Assembly: GCA_041690135.1 (NCBI GenBank)
Contig: JAWLHY010000001.1
Coordinates: forward strand, 704,001 to 768,000
Source of the DNA: Armatimonadota bacterium
GTDB lineage: Bacteria; Armatimonadota; SYMT01
Direction: 5' to 3'
Length of the DNA: 64,000 nt
Positions 8,838 through 17,442 of this stretch are shown one piece after another. Within the stretch, counting starts at the first letter, position 1; each line of letters begins with the position of its first letter. The position numbers were made by a program, and so were the translations under genes. The notes under the pieces are model-generated. The model searched no databases. It worked only from the letters and a program-made list of their open reading frames with translations, and had not been told where the DNA came from.

Positions 8838-9467
8838 TCAAAGTCTGGGCCGCGGGGAAAAGCGCCAGATGAGCCATCTGTTGGCGCTTTTCTTCGCTCC
8901 GTGGCGCTCCAACAACTCGATCAGGCCTGGGTGGCGCCCCACATAAGTGAGTGCGGTGTGACCTTTGCGGGTACGGGCGTCCGCCGCGGCGCCGTGGTCC
9001 AGCAGTACTCGGAGGCCTGTGCGGGACTGCAGCCAGGCGGCCCACATCAGGGGAGTGCGACCCTCGTTGTCGCGTGCGTTCACGTCGGCGCCGGCCCGAA
9101 GCAGGAGGCGGATCAAAGTCTCGTCCCGCGAGCCCGCCGCCGACATGAGCGCGGTATGTCCGTCTTGTGTGCGGGCGTTAACGTCCAGGCCGGCATCGAG
9201 TGCACGACGCACGAGGACCGGATCGCCGACCTTGGCCGCCAGCATCAGTACCGTGAAGCCATCCGCACGCCGGACTTGAATCCGTGCCCCGCGGTCCAGG
9301 AGACGGTGAACCACACGGGCTGATTGCCGGTCGAAGGGGGCGTTGTTCAACTCGCGGATGAGGGCTTCATCCAGGTTCTTCTGACGAAGCCAGAGACCGA
9401 GCAGTCCGGTGACCACGATCAGGAGGGCCAGGGCGGACGCAACTTCCAGGCGGCGTTTGCTGTCCAT
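8838..9467 (-). CDS. Membrane-anchored ankyrin repeat protein
   Basis: TM helix followed by GADVNARD/GRTPLMWAA repeats; start MDSKRR. Confidence 0.88.
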   Translation of the reverse strand: MDSKRRLEVASALALLIVVTGLLGLWLRQKNLDEALIRELNNAPFDRQSARVVHRLLDRGARIQVRRADGFTVLMLAAKVGDPVLVRRALDAGLDVNARTQDGHTALMSAAGSRDETLIRLLLRAGADVNARDNEGRTPLMWAAWLQSRTGLRVLLDHGAAADARTRKGHTALTYVGRHPGLIELLERHGAKKSANRWLIWRFSPRPRL

Positions 9468-9475
9468 AAGGTCCC

Positions 9476-9862
9476 TCACCGGCGGCGCTCCCAGGACGAC
9501 CAGCGCCATTGAATGACCCACGGGCCCACCCGCAGACGATTGAGGTGCCCAGATAAGGGCGCCAGGTCGACACCGCTCAGCCCCATCGGGGGTGGGGCCC
9601 CCGCCAGCGGCCGTTTCCCGGCCAGGCTGTAGAACTCCCATCCCGTGACCCGGCGGACCGGCCCCAGAAGCCAAACAAGCACCATCACGCCCAGGGCCGC
9701 CACCAGCACACCCAGCAGCAGGCAGCCCAGGCGCAACACCCCCTGGGGACGCTTTCCGGGCCGTTCTCCAGCCGGTATCGAAGAGGCTCGCAGCATCAAC
9801 GGAAAGAGACGGGAGTCCGGACGCTTCGGTTTCGCCTCCGCGGACCAGGGGTTAAACGGCAA
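9476..9862 (-). CDS. Hypothetical single-TM protein
   Basis: Hydrophobic helix; the ORF fills the gap between co-oriented genes; start uncertain. Confidence 0.5.
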   Translation of the reverse strand: MPFNPWSAEAKPKRPDSRLFPLMLRASSIPAGERPGKRPQGVLRLGCLLLGVLVAALGVMVLVWLLGPVRRVTGWEFYSLAGKRPLAGAPPPMGLSGVDLAPLSGHLNRLRVGPWVIQWRWSSWERRR

Positions 9863-9898
9863 ATTTATATCAAACTTACGAGTGATGGGTCGGGGTGG

Positions 9899-10426
9899 TT
9901 AGATACCATAGACAAAAACGTAAGCAGTGCCCGTCTCGCGTACGTACCAGATGGTCCGTTCCAGGCTGCTGTGATCGCCAAAGACGCAGGTATCTACCTT
10001 CCGTGCTTGGTATAGATTGCGCCAATTGAGGCGACTGGTTGTGTCGTATTCATCCAGGCGCGAATCCCAAATCTCTCCGAAATCACGCAGTTCCTTATTG
10101 TCCTGGACGCCACGCCGGGTCGGAGCTATGAGAGTGTTGGCACTCTCAAGCAACTGCTCCAGAACGGGGTCGGAAGTCCGGAAGACGAGCCAGACGTTAG
10201 TACCCGCGAGCCACGACTCGCCGGTAGCTCGCAGGTGGGTGACCCCCGGCGGCACTGGCTGTTTGAAGGCGAACTCAAAGGCCTGTTCCGGTGGTCGCAG
10301 CCCGTACCGACGCCGGAAGGGGCCATCCGCCAGATCCGCGCCACAGCTACGCATGACGAAACCGCCCAGGCCCAGAAGGCCTGCCATCCCCAGGGTGAGA
10401 AACAGGAGGCGAGACAGGCGCATCAC
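9899..10426 (-). CDS. Hypothetical exported protein, paralog of the adjacent gene
   Basis: Signal/TM segment; PEQAFEFAFKQPVPPGVTHLRATGESW. Confidence 0.7.
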   Translation of the reverse strand: MMRLSRLLFLTLGMAGLLGLGGFVMRSCGADLADGPFRRRYGLRPPEQAFEFAFKQPVPPGVTHLRATGESWLAGTNVWLVFRTSDPVLEQLLESANTLIAPTRRGVQDNKELRDFGEIWDSRLDEYDTTSRLNWRNLYQARKVDTCVFGDHSSLERTIWYVRETGTAYVFVYGI

Positions 10427-10899
10427 CTAAAATCCTGGTCTCCGAGGCAGTAGAGGTACACGGTGCTGGATTCGCGATCAACCCACATCTGAGCGTCCTG
10501 GTATATTTTCCGATGAAAGGTTTCGAGACGCCGCACGGTGTAGATCTCGCGCCAGCGCAGCCGGTCTTGGGGATCGTGCCACCGCAACGGCAGTTCCCAA
10601 TGCTGCTGCCAGGTGCGAAGGGTCTTCCGCTTGTCGTAAGGCCCACGCTCAAAGGATCTACTGCACAGGGAGTCAATGACCGCCTCTGGAGCCCGAAAAC
10701 GCATCCAGGCGCCCTTGCAGGGCGACCAACACTGACCCACAACCCGGAGGTCAGTTACGCCCTCGGGAACTTCGCCCCGGAAAGTCAGTTCAAAGGCGCG
10801 CTCCGGAGTGCGTTGGAAGGCGCGACTTCCAATGGCGCCGACCAGGCTCACGGCGGCGACCAGTCCCAGGCTCATCGCCACCAGCCGAGTAACTCTCAC
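10423..10899 (-). CDS. Hypothetical exported protein, paralog of the adjacent gene
   Basis: PERAFELTFRGEVPEGVTDLRVVGQCW; GTG start after GAGGTG; 4-nt overlap with the next gene. Confidence 0.7.
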   Translation of the reverse strand: MRVTRLVAMSLGLVAAVSLVGAIGSRAFQRTPERAFELTFRGEVPEGVTDLRVVGQCWSPCKGAWMRFRAPEAVIDSLCSRSFERGPYDKRKTLRTWQQHWELPLRWHDPQDRLRWREIYTVRRLETFHRKIYQDAQMWVDRESSTVYLYCLGDQDFR

Positions 10900-11027
10900 A
10901 CCTTCACCTCGCTTTGACGGGAGTGACCTCGTGAAAACCCGTAGGAACAAATCATGAATGCACCGTAACGTAAGGTGGCCGGGAATCTGGATTCGCAAGA
11001 ACGCCCCAGCGATCCGGAGGCACGAAA

Positions 11028-11807
11028 GTGACAACCAAAGCGGCAGATTGGACCCCCGAAGGTGAACCGGACCCGCTCATGGTCTTTTACGAGGCGAGAG
11101 CCGATACCCGGAAGGGGCGCTATGAGGAAGCCCTGGCAAAGCGGCTCTGGTTCCACAAGCATGCGTTGGATACCAAGCCGGAGCTTACGGGCGTGCGCCT
11201 GTCATACGCGCTTCAGGACTGGCTGGAGTTGGGCGAGGTATACCCACCAGCACTGACGGCTCTGGAGGAGTTGCATGCTGAGTGCAGAGCGTCTCTAGAG
11301 GCGGGAACCGGTACCCGCGACATATTCCACGACTACGCCTCGTTCAATCGTGCTATTGGGAAGGAGAGCGATACGGCGGGGATGTTCCGGGTATTGTCGG
11401 AACGGTACCCCAGGTTGGCCTCCGTGGTTTTCGATATGGCACTGCCATCGCTGGTCCGAGCCCGCGCATACGAGCTCTGCAATCGCTTCCTTCGCCCAGC
11501 ACGAGATCTGCGCCGGATGCGGAAGCTGTTCAGAATACAAATGAATTTCGCGGCGGATCCGACGTTAGGCGGACAAATCAACCTGTCGTCTGCGCCCGAC
11601 CCCAGTGTGGGTGAACAGCTCAAGTTCTTCGGTGAGCAGAAATTCTCGAATGACGCCAGGCTGCTGGTTGCGCTCCTGGTGGTCAATGGTCGTCAAGCCG
11701 AAGCGGTGCGTGTTGCCCGAGTGGCCAAGCGGGTTTGGTGGGATGCCGAATTCCACCACCTGATCGAACAGGCGCTTCAAGGCGAGGTCCCGGAACCCTG
11801 GCCCTGA
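11028..11807 (+). CDS. Hypothetical alpha-helical protein
   Basis: GGAGG RBS; WFHKHAL..P.LTGVRLSYAL..W motif. Confidence 0.75.
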   Translation: MTTKAADWTPEGEPDPLMVFYEARADTRKGRYEEALAKRLWFHKHALDTKPELTGVRLSYALQDWLELGEVYPPALTALEELHAECRASLEAGTGTRDIFHDYASFNRAIGKESDTAGMFRVLSERYPRLASVVFDMALPSLVRARAYELCNRFLRPARDLRRMRKLFRIQMNFAADPTLGGQINLSSAPDPSVGEQLKFFGEQKFSNDARLLVALLVVNGRQAEAVRVARVAKRVWWDAEFHHLIEQALQGEVPEPWP

Positions 11808-11820
11808 TCGCACCCAGAAT

Positions 11821-11848
11821 GCTAACGAAAAGCGCCATTATCATTAGC
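11821..11848. other. dif-like 11-6-11 inverted-repeat site, putative tyrosine-recombinase core site
   Basis: GCTAACGAAAA GCGCCA TTATCATTAGC; arms 9/11 symmetric; intergenic and AT-rich. Confidence 0.55.
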
Positions 11849-12010
11849 AGGCGAACGTGCCTTTTACGGCCACTTCATCAACCTGCCACCACGGTTGGCT
11901 TTACCGCCAGGTGGATCGCGTGTCCGCAGCGGCAGCTGAACTTCGGCATGGCTCACCTCCGGGATCGGCTCCTGCTCATGTTGCTTTACGAAAGCTCACT
12001 ACGAGTCGGT

Positions 12011-12580
12011 ATGGAAACGCTCGAAGAACTTCGCACCGCACTCCGCTCTGCCCAGTGGTACAGCCGCCTCGACCAGCCCTTTGACCACCCCTGGGTCATC
12101 TGTGTCAGCAATCTCGAAAGGCCGGAGATCGACGAGCCCTGGTGGTGGATCACCTCGATCCTGCTGGAAGAGGAACAAGACCCTTTCCACGGGGAGTTCC
12201 TGAACGTGGGCTCTCAACGGGTGGAGTTAACGCGCGATATTGTGAAGATTGCCCTCGCGTCCTACCGAACTGCTCCGGAGCATCCTGCCCTTCGCGCCTT
12301 CGGTTGGGACCATTACGAGGCGGCCAAGCTGTGTTTGATGCACGCCTGCCGCTTCGCTGCACGCGAGATCGTGCTGGAACAGCAAGGCGGCTGGTCTCTT
12401 GTCGTTGACCTGTTCTGCCGAGGCCACTACCCCTTCGGCGTGGCGCAGAGCGGTAGGACCGTCGTCCTCGGGAAGTCTCGCAGTCCGGTAAGCACGGAAG
12501 CGTGGAAGTACACGGGGCCGGAAGCTCCGCCCATAAAGGCCACTGCCCGTCTCACGACCTACGAATCGTATTCCTCATAG
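12011..12580 (+). CDS. Hypothetical protein, possibly immunity-like
   Basis: ORF from METLEELR; ends with LFCRGHYPFG. Confidence 0.6.
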   Translation: METLEELRTALRSAQWYSRLDQPFDHPWVICVSNLERPEIDEPWWWITSILLEEEQDPFHGEFLNVGSQRVELTRDIVKIALASYRTAPEHPALRAFGWDHYEAAKLCLMHACRFAAREIVLEQQGGWSLVVDLFCRGHYPFGVAQSGRTVVLGKSRSPVSTEAWKYTGPEAPPIKATARLTTYESYSS

Positions 12581-12960
12581 GTACGGAAGAGCCAATCTTC
12601 CCAGCCTTCAGGCTGCGGTAGTTCCAGGCCGCCCTGGTGCGGCCCCACCACATAATGCCCCTCCGGGTTCGGATCATTCTCATACCACTCATGACCGTAT
12701 AGGGATCTCTGGAAATCCTCGGGGCGGCTTGGAAGACGGTCAACACACTCCCGTGAGCAGGCGTGCACCAACAGGGGTAGGACGTCCACAGGTAGTTCGT
12801 CTTTAGCCACGGGCCACGAGATCCAATACTGGAGCGGACCGCTTTCGGTGAATTGGCCCGCGCACACGCTGCATACCGCCGGTACGATCTCGGGGAAGAG
12901 CTGCGGTAGGCGCGGGAATGGCGGGCGGTACTTGCATTTCCGCCTTCCATAATACACCAT
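12559..12960 (-). CDS. Stand-alone Cys-containing domain resembling the C-terminal domain of some bacterial LRR proteins
   Basis: KYRPPFPRL...CSVC...WIS..VA.D...DVLPLLVHACSREC...PHQGG...QP. Confidence 0.65.
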   Translation of the reverse strand: MVYYGRRKCKYRPPFPRLPQLFPEIVPAVCSVCAGQFTESGPLQYWISWPVAKDELPVDVLPLLVHACSRECVDRLPSRPEDFQRSLYGHEWYENDPNPEGHYVVGPHQGGLELPQPEGWEDWLFRTYEEYDS

Positions 12961-13004
12961 TTCTCACCAGTAAACGGAGCGAGGCAATCTGATTGAGTGC
13001 AAGA

Positions 13005-13505
13005 ATGCCCAATGAACAGCCCACCGGCAGCGCCCCTCCCCGCTTCACGGTTCGCGCGGCGATGGACCGTTTCAACGCATTGCTCAACCTCAACGAGGAC
13101 GAGGGTATGCAGGATTGGGAGATTGAACTTGCCGATCCTGAACGCGTGGCGGAGTTCTGCACGCTCTACGAGACCCCGAAATTTGACCCCGACACCAGGT
13201 TCGCACTGATGCAGCTTATTGTCGCATCCCTGGACGATTGCCTGAGCATGCATCCCACCGCCGATGCACCCGATCTGGAACAACGCGTGGAGCGCCTGCT
13301 CCGTGCCGAGTTCCTGCTCCATCTGCATACGGTGAACGACTGGCAGTGCATTGAGAATGACCTGGACGATGCGTTTTGCGTGGCGCCCATGATGCGACGC
13401 ATCTGGCAAGAATGTTTCCGCGAAGAGTACGGTCAGTGGCTGGATGAGGTCGTGTACGGGTGCCGCCCCGAGAGCGATGCTCCGGTTGACCCCAGTGCGT
13501 CATGA
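13005..13505 (+). CDS. Hypothetical acidic protein, immunity-like
   Basis: MQDWEIELADPER..EF...Y and RFALMQLIVASLDD. Confidence 0.75.
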   Translation: MPNEQPTGSAPPRFTVRAAMDRFNALLNLNEDEGMQDWEIELADPERVAEFCTLYETPKFDPDTRFALMQLIVASLDDCLSMHPTADAPDLEQRVERLLRAEFLLHLHTVNDWQCIENDLDDAFCVAPMMRRIWQECFREEYGQWLDEVVYGCRPESDAPVDPSAS

Positions 13506-13518
13506 CCTGCAGTAGCCC

Positions 13519-13978
13519 TCAGGGTTGGTAATCTGCAAAAGATCCCGCAAGCGAATGCCGGAGGAACTCTTGTAAATCACGCGTAAAGCTCGCAAGACGT
13601 TCGGTGTCAAACTCAAGCTCACCCGACAGGCTTTGACGGACGCTGCCCCACCGAACATGCCGGTGCGCTCCCACCTCGTACCACAGCGCAAAGTGCCCGG
13701 CAGCGTCCCGCTGGTCGAGGAACAGGCCCAACTCCCCGGGGCCCAAGCTGACCAGCCGCGCCTGCCCTGTACGAGTGCGCTCGCAGGCCTCGACGGCTGT
13801 GAGAAAGTCGTCGAGGTCCCAGGTGTCCACCTGGGCCGAGAAGCTGCCGTCCTTGAACGCTCACGCTGAACTGGACGCTTGGAAAGCGCTTACGGACGAT
13901 CTCGCTCGCAATGAGCTGGATGCGTGAGCGCCCATCCGCACCCGGCAAGTTCAGCTCCAGTTGCACGCTTCTGTCCAA
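13519..13978 (-). pseudogene. Frameshifted WapI-like immunity protein
   Basis: Upstream frame ...SVQFSVSVQ joins downstream frame DGSFSAQVDTWDLDDFL...G.ARL.SL.P.EL.L....D..GH through one extra base near 13852. Confidence 0.55.
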
Positions 13979-14007
13979 TAGTCCGAGCGTCTACTCCCTG
14001 GCAGGCC

Positions 14008-14439
14008 CTAAGCCGGTTTCACCAGAATTGGCCGCGCATTCTCGTCGAGGATGTCGCCTTCCCAGAAGAGCAGCGACTGCGTGTTGAAACAGATGGTCCC
14101 GATAAGGGTCTCGAGTCTCTGAAAGCGGCTTTCCTCGTCGAAGTCTGGGTGAACCATGATGCCCAACACCAGGCGCATGCTCCGCATCCGCTGGATCATT
14201 TCCGGTTGGAGTTCAACGCCGCGGGCTTTGGCGAGGTTGTGTGCATAGGCGATCAAACCGTCCAGGTGACCGGGGTGCTTGCTCTCCAGCATCACGTTAA
14301 TGGTAATCGTGAGGTCCGGCCACTCATATTCGTATGCTCGGAGGGTTCCGTCCACTCGCGCCATGGTGAACCTGGCACCATCCGCCAGCGCAGCCATCTG
14401 TCTTTCCGGCAGTTCCGAGATGGGGCAATAGATCGTCAT
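14008..14439 (-). CDS. Hypothetical protein
   Basis: Start MTIYCP after the RBS GAAAGGGGA supplied by repeat copy A. Confidence 0.7.
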   Translation of the reverse strand: MTIYCPISELPERQMAALADGARFTMARVDGTLRAYEYEWPDLTITINVMLESKHPGHLDGLIAYAHNLAKARGVELQPEMIQRMRSMRLVLGIMVHPDFDEESRFQRLETLIGTICFNTQSLLFWEGDILDENARPILVKPA

Positions 14440-14442
14440 CAG

Positions 14443-14760
14443 TCCCCTTTCACCGTCACCGAACTGTTTCCTATCGGACGAGAGGCTTCCTCTAAAGGCG
14501 TGCGCTTGGATTTTCGTTACCAAGCTTTGGGAGCGTGCCACGTGGGAAATGCTGAAGGGGGCGATGAGGCGCAGGCCGGACAAAGGCCAAGGGCAACCCC
14601 TTGCTCAAGGACGTTAGTCCCCTACTGGGGAATTGGCGGGGAGCACCTGGCGCGTCGGGTTATGGACTCACGCTCGCAAGCCCGCCGATGCAATCGGCGA
14701 CTCCACACTAAACGGCAGAGCGGATGCTGGGTGAGCAGGGTGAATATGGTGCGAAGCCGG
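14443..14760 (-). repeat. Intergenic module, copy A (REP hairpin, dif-like half site, RBS)
   Basis: Co-linear similarity to 15954-16287. Confidence 0.85.
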
Positions 14761-14997
14761 TCATTTTCTTTGGAAGCCTACGGCGTACATGAGCGGCAGG
14801 GCCCCGCGAGGCTTCCTGGCGCGGCGGTCGCCGTAGCATCCCGCCGGGATGTAGGCGGCGACTCCGGGCAACTCTTCGAGGAGTAGCTGCATTGCCTGAA
14901 AGAAGTGGAAGGGTGATTGGTAATGGTTGCCGGCCCGCTGCACAGGCAGAACGAGCAGATTTCCTTGAGTTGTGGCGTCAAGACTCGGACCATCCAC
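14761..14997 (-). CDS. Small hypothetical ORF or gene remnant
   Basis: Its stop abuts repeat copy A; no recognisable motif. Confidence 0.25.
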   Translation of the reverse strand: MDGPSLDATTQGNLLVLPVQRAGNHYQSPFHFFQAMQLLLEELPGVAAYIPAGCYGDRRARKPRGALPLMYAVGFQRK

Positions 14998-15088
14998 CCT
15001 TCTCCGTAAAGGTGCTCTTAAAGTGGGTGCTTAACTGCTCCTCGGGACTCGTTGGAGACGATTCGGGTAAGTTCGCTATGAGGCTTTC

Positions 15089-15439
15089 GTGAACACAACC
15101 ATTCGGGAGTTCTGGGCGGGTCTACCCCGCTGGTGGAGACTGTCCCCACTCATCATTCTATCGGCGCTTCTGTTCTGGCTGCTGTGCGGCGCGTTCGGAC
15201 TCTGGTCGCGGACCTGGGTTCTCGGAGAGTTCGGCCCGCACGGGGAAGCCCTGGCCATGCAGGTGCAAACGCAGGCGTCGGAAATGGCCGGCGAAGTCGA
15301 CCCCGGTGCGGAGGTGTACTTCGAAGCGATGTTGCCACTGAGCGGTAAAGTCCCTCCAACAGCGGTTCAGTACCGGATTACCACCAATTCGAAAAAGCTG
15401 CACGAGGCCTGGGTTTCGCGGTCGCCTGACGGTCGATAG
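15089..15439 (+). CDS. Hypothetical single-TM protein
   Basis: 116 aa with an N-terminal TM helix. Confidence 0.55.
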   Translation: MNTTIREFWAGLPRWWRLSPLIILSALLFWLLCGAFGLWSRTWVLGEFGPHGEALAMQVQTQASEMAGEVDPGAEVYFEAMLPLSGKVPPTAVQYRITTNSKKLHEAWVSRSPDGR

Positions 15440-15451
15440 GGACTCGGGGCC

Positions 15452-15946
15452 TTACTCGTCACTCTTGGGAATCGGCTTGCCGGAAAGCATGAACCCCACC
15501 CGGTCGTTGGGGTACACCTGAACTTTCACGGTAGCCGTATCGGACAGGCCATGGTACACCAGCAAACGATAGGCCTGAATCTCGCTCGGATGACCTCCCT
15601 TCTCGGGTGTCTCCGCTATTAGTCCTTGGGCACGATCTTCGTCCGGCGGTCCGAATGCCGACAGCATGTCTTCCAGGCATTTCAGCCCTTTGAACAGCCG
15701 CAGAAGGCGTTGTCGCTCTCCCTCGGAGATCCTCATGAATCGCGAATGCCGCAGGGATTCCGGAGTTTTACCGCCACACCAGGGGCAGTGCCGGATGACC
15801 AAGCTCCCCTTCCCGTGCGCGGCCGGATAGACGAAGCGGAATTCGTGGGTCTCGGCGTCGAACTCGATCGGGTGATCCGGCGACTCCGCCATCGTACGCA
15901 ACCAGGTACAGTCGCAGAATGCGTCGGTCTTTGAGCACGGGTGCAT
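15452..15946 (-). CDS. DUF6980-like Cys protein
   Basis: CDC...P...I.FD...EF...GSLVIRHCPWCGGKTPESLR; RBS from repeat copy B. Confidence 0.75.
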   Translation of the reverse strand: MHPCSKTDAFCDCTWLRTMAESPDHPIEFDAETHEFRFVYPAAHGKGSLVIRHCPWCGGKTPESLRHSRFMRISEGERQRLLRLFKGLKCLEDMLSAFGPPDEDRAQGLIAETPEKGGHPSEIQAYRLLVYHGLSDTATVKVQVYPNDRVGFMLSGKPIPKSDE

Positions 15947-15953
15947 CGGTCGT

Positions 15954-16287
15954 TCCCCTTTCACCGTCACCGAACCGTTCCCTATCAGACGAGTGGCTTC
16001 CTTTGAAAGCGTGTGGCTGGATTATCATTACCAAACTTTGGGGGGCATCCCAGGTGGGAAATGCAGCAGACCGTTTGCTCAAGGACGTCAGTCCCCTACT
16101 AGGAGGCTGACGGGGGGCGCCTGGCGAGTCAGGACCCGTACGCACGCTCGCAAGCCCGCCGATGCAATCGGCGACTCCACATTGAACGGCAGCGCGGGTG
16201 CTAGGTAACTGTACTGATGCGGTGCGACTCCGCACTGAACGGCAGCGCGGGCGCTCTATAACCACGCTGGATGCGGTGCGATGCCGG
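15954..16287 (-). repeat. Intergenic module, copy B, with an internal ~54-bp tandem duplication
   Basis: Matches 14443-14760; GCGACTCC.CA.TGAACGGCAGCGCGGG occurs twice. Confidence 0.85.
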
Positions 16288-16295
16288 GAGGCGGT

Positions 16296-17246
16296 TCACT
16301 TGTGGCGGTCCAGGCGCCAGCGGGTGGTGAAGGCATGGCGTTTGCCGGGGGCGAGGTCCTGCAGCGGGCTGAGCAGCTCGAGCTCCATGTAGGGAAGCGG
16401 GTCGGGATTGGACCAGATCTCCTGGGCGCATCCCCCGTCGGGATATTCCCTCCCCCGCTCGTAGCGCGCGGAGACGGTCATCCGCAGCCCACCAGCGCGG
16501 GCCGCCGCCCAGCCTTCCGGCGAGTCGCCGCCGATCTTGCCTCCCCTACCCGGGTGGCGGCGCAGGCATGCCCGGTCCCGGGTGACCCGGAGCGTCTCCG
16601 GGACCGGTGGGCTGTTCTTGAATATCAGAAAGCCTTCCGGAAACCGACCGTTCCGGTGCAGCGGCAGGCAAGCCTCGTCCGGCGCATCCACCTGGGCCAC
16701 TTCCCACACCGACCACCGCGCCGCCTGGCTGCCGGTGTTCACCAGCGTGTTCCGGAGTGTCACTTCGGAGCCGGTCCGGGCCAGCGAGATCTCCCGGATG
16801 AAACGGAGGCCGGTCCGAGGGCTGCGGGTACCAGTCACCCGGAGGCGCCGACCCTCCAGGACTTCCACCGCGTGCGGGCCGCGATCCAGGTATGGGTCCG
16901 GCGGCCACCCCCAGCGGTCCTGCGGCGCGGGCCAGAGCTTATCGCCGCCGTAATTCACCCACTCCTTCTGCTCCCCCTCCGGGGCGATGGTTTTGCCGGC
17001 GAGCGCCGGGTTTTCCCACAGGAAGTTCTTCTCCCCGGAGTACCCGTACCGCATGATCCGCCCGATCTGCGGGACGAACACCAGGTCGACGGTTCCGTTC
17101 GATAGCTGGTAAGCGCCGGGCCAACCCTGGTATTCCAGGCGCCGGACCTCCACCCGCTGCTTCTCCCCGGAGGCGCCCACCGCGAATGGACTCACGGCCA
17201 CGCACCCCAGCAAAGCCAGCACACGTACGCTTCTCCAGCAAACCAT
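16296..17246 (-). CDS. DUF4380-like exported protein
   Basis: Signal peptide; VPQIGRIM, NYGGDKLWPAPQ, YMELELLSP. Confidence 0.8.
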   Translation of the reverse strand: MVCWRSVRVLALLGCVAVSPFAVGASGEKQRVEVRRLEYQGWPGAYQLSNGTVDLVFVPQIGRIMRYGYSGEKNFLWENPALAGKTIAPEGEQKEWVNYGGDKLWPAPQDRWGWPPDPYLDRGPHAVEVLEGRRLRVTGTRSPRTGLRFIREISLARTGSEVTLRNTLVNTGSQAARWSVWEVAQVDAPDEACLPLHRNGRFPEGFLIFKNSPPVPETLRVTRDRACLRRHPGRGGKIGGDSPEGWAAARAGGLRMTVSARYERGREYPDGGCAQEIWSNPDPLPYMELELLSPLQDLAPGKRHAFTTRWRLDRHK

Positions 17247-17334
17247 ATTCCCGCCTCTCCCCTCTCAATCATCACGGAGCCCAGTTCTCTGAAGAGTCGG
17301 TTCCTGCCTCCCGGGGGCACCTCACGCACGTTCG

Positions 17335-17364
17335 ACGGCAGCGCGGCGGAGATTATCATTACCA
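17335..17364. promoter_or_regulatory. Putative recombinase-binding half site upstream of the recombinase
   Basis: ACGGCAGCGCGG and GATTATCATTACCA, both also present in repeat copy B. Confidence 0.45.
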
Positions 17365-17442
17365 TTCCCTCTCCGGGCGGACCGACTATCTGGATGGTGG
17401 GTGCCGGAGCGGTGTCCCCTGTTCAGTTCGGCGGGAGGGAGC

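Noticed and set aside
16021-16032. Fur box
   Set aside because: Only half of GATAATGATAATCATTATC is matched and no iron-related genes are adjacent.
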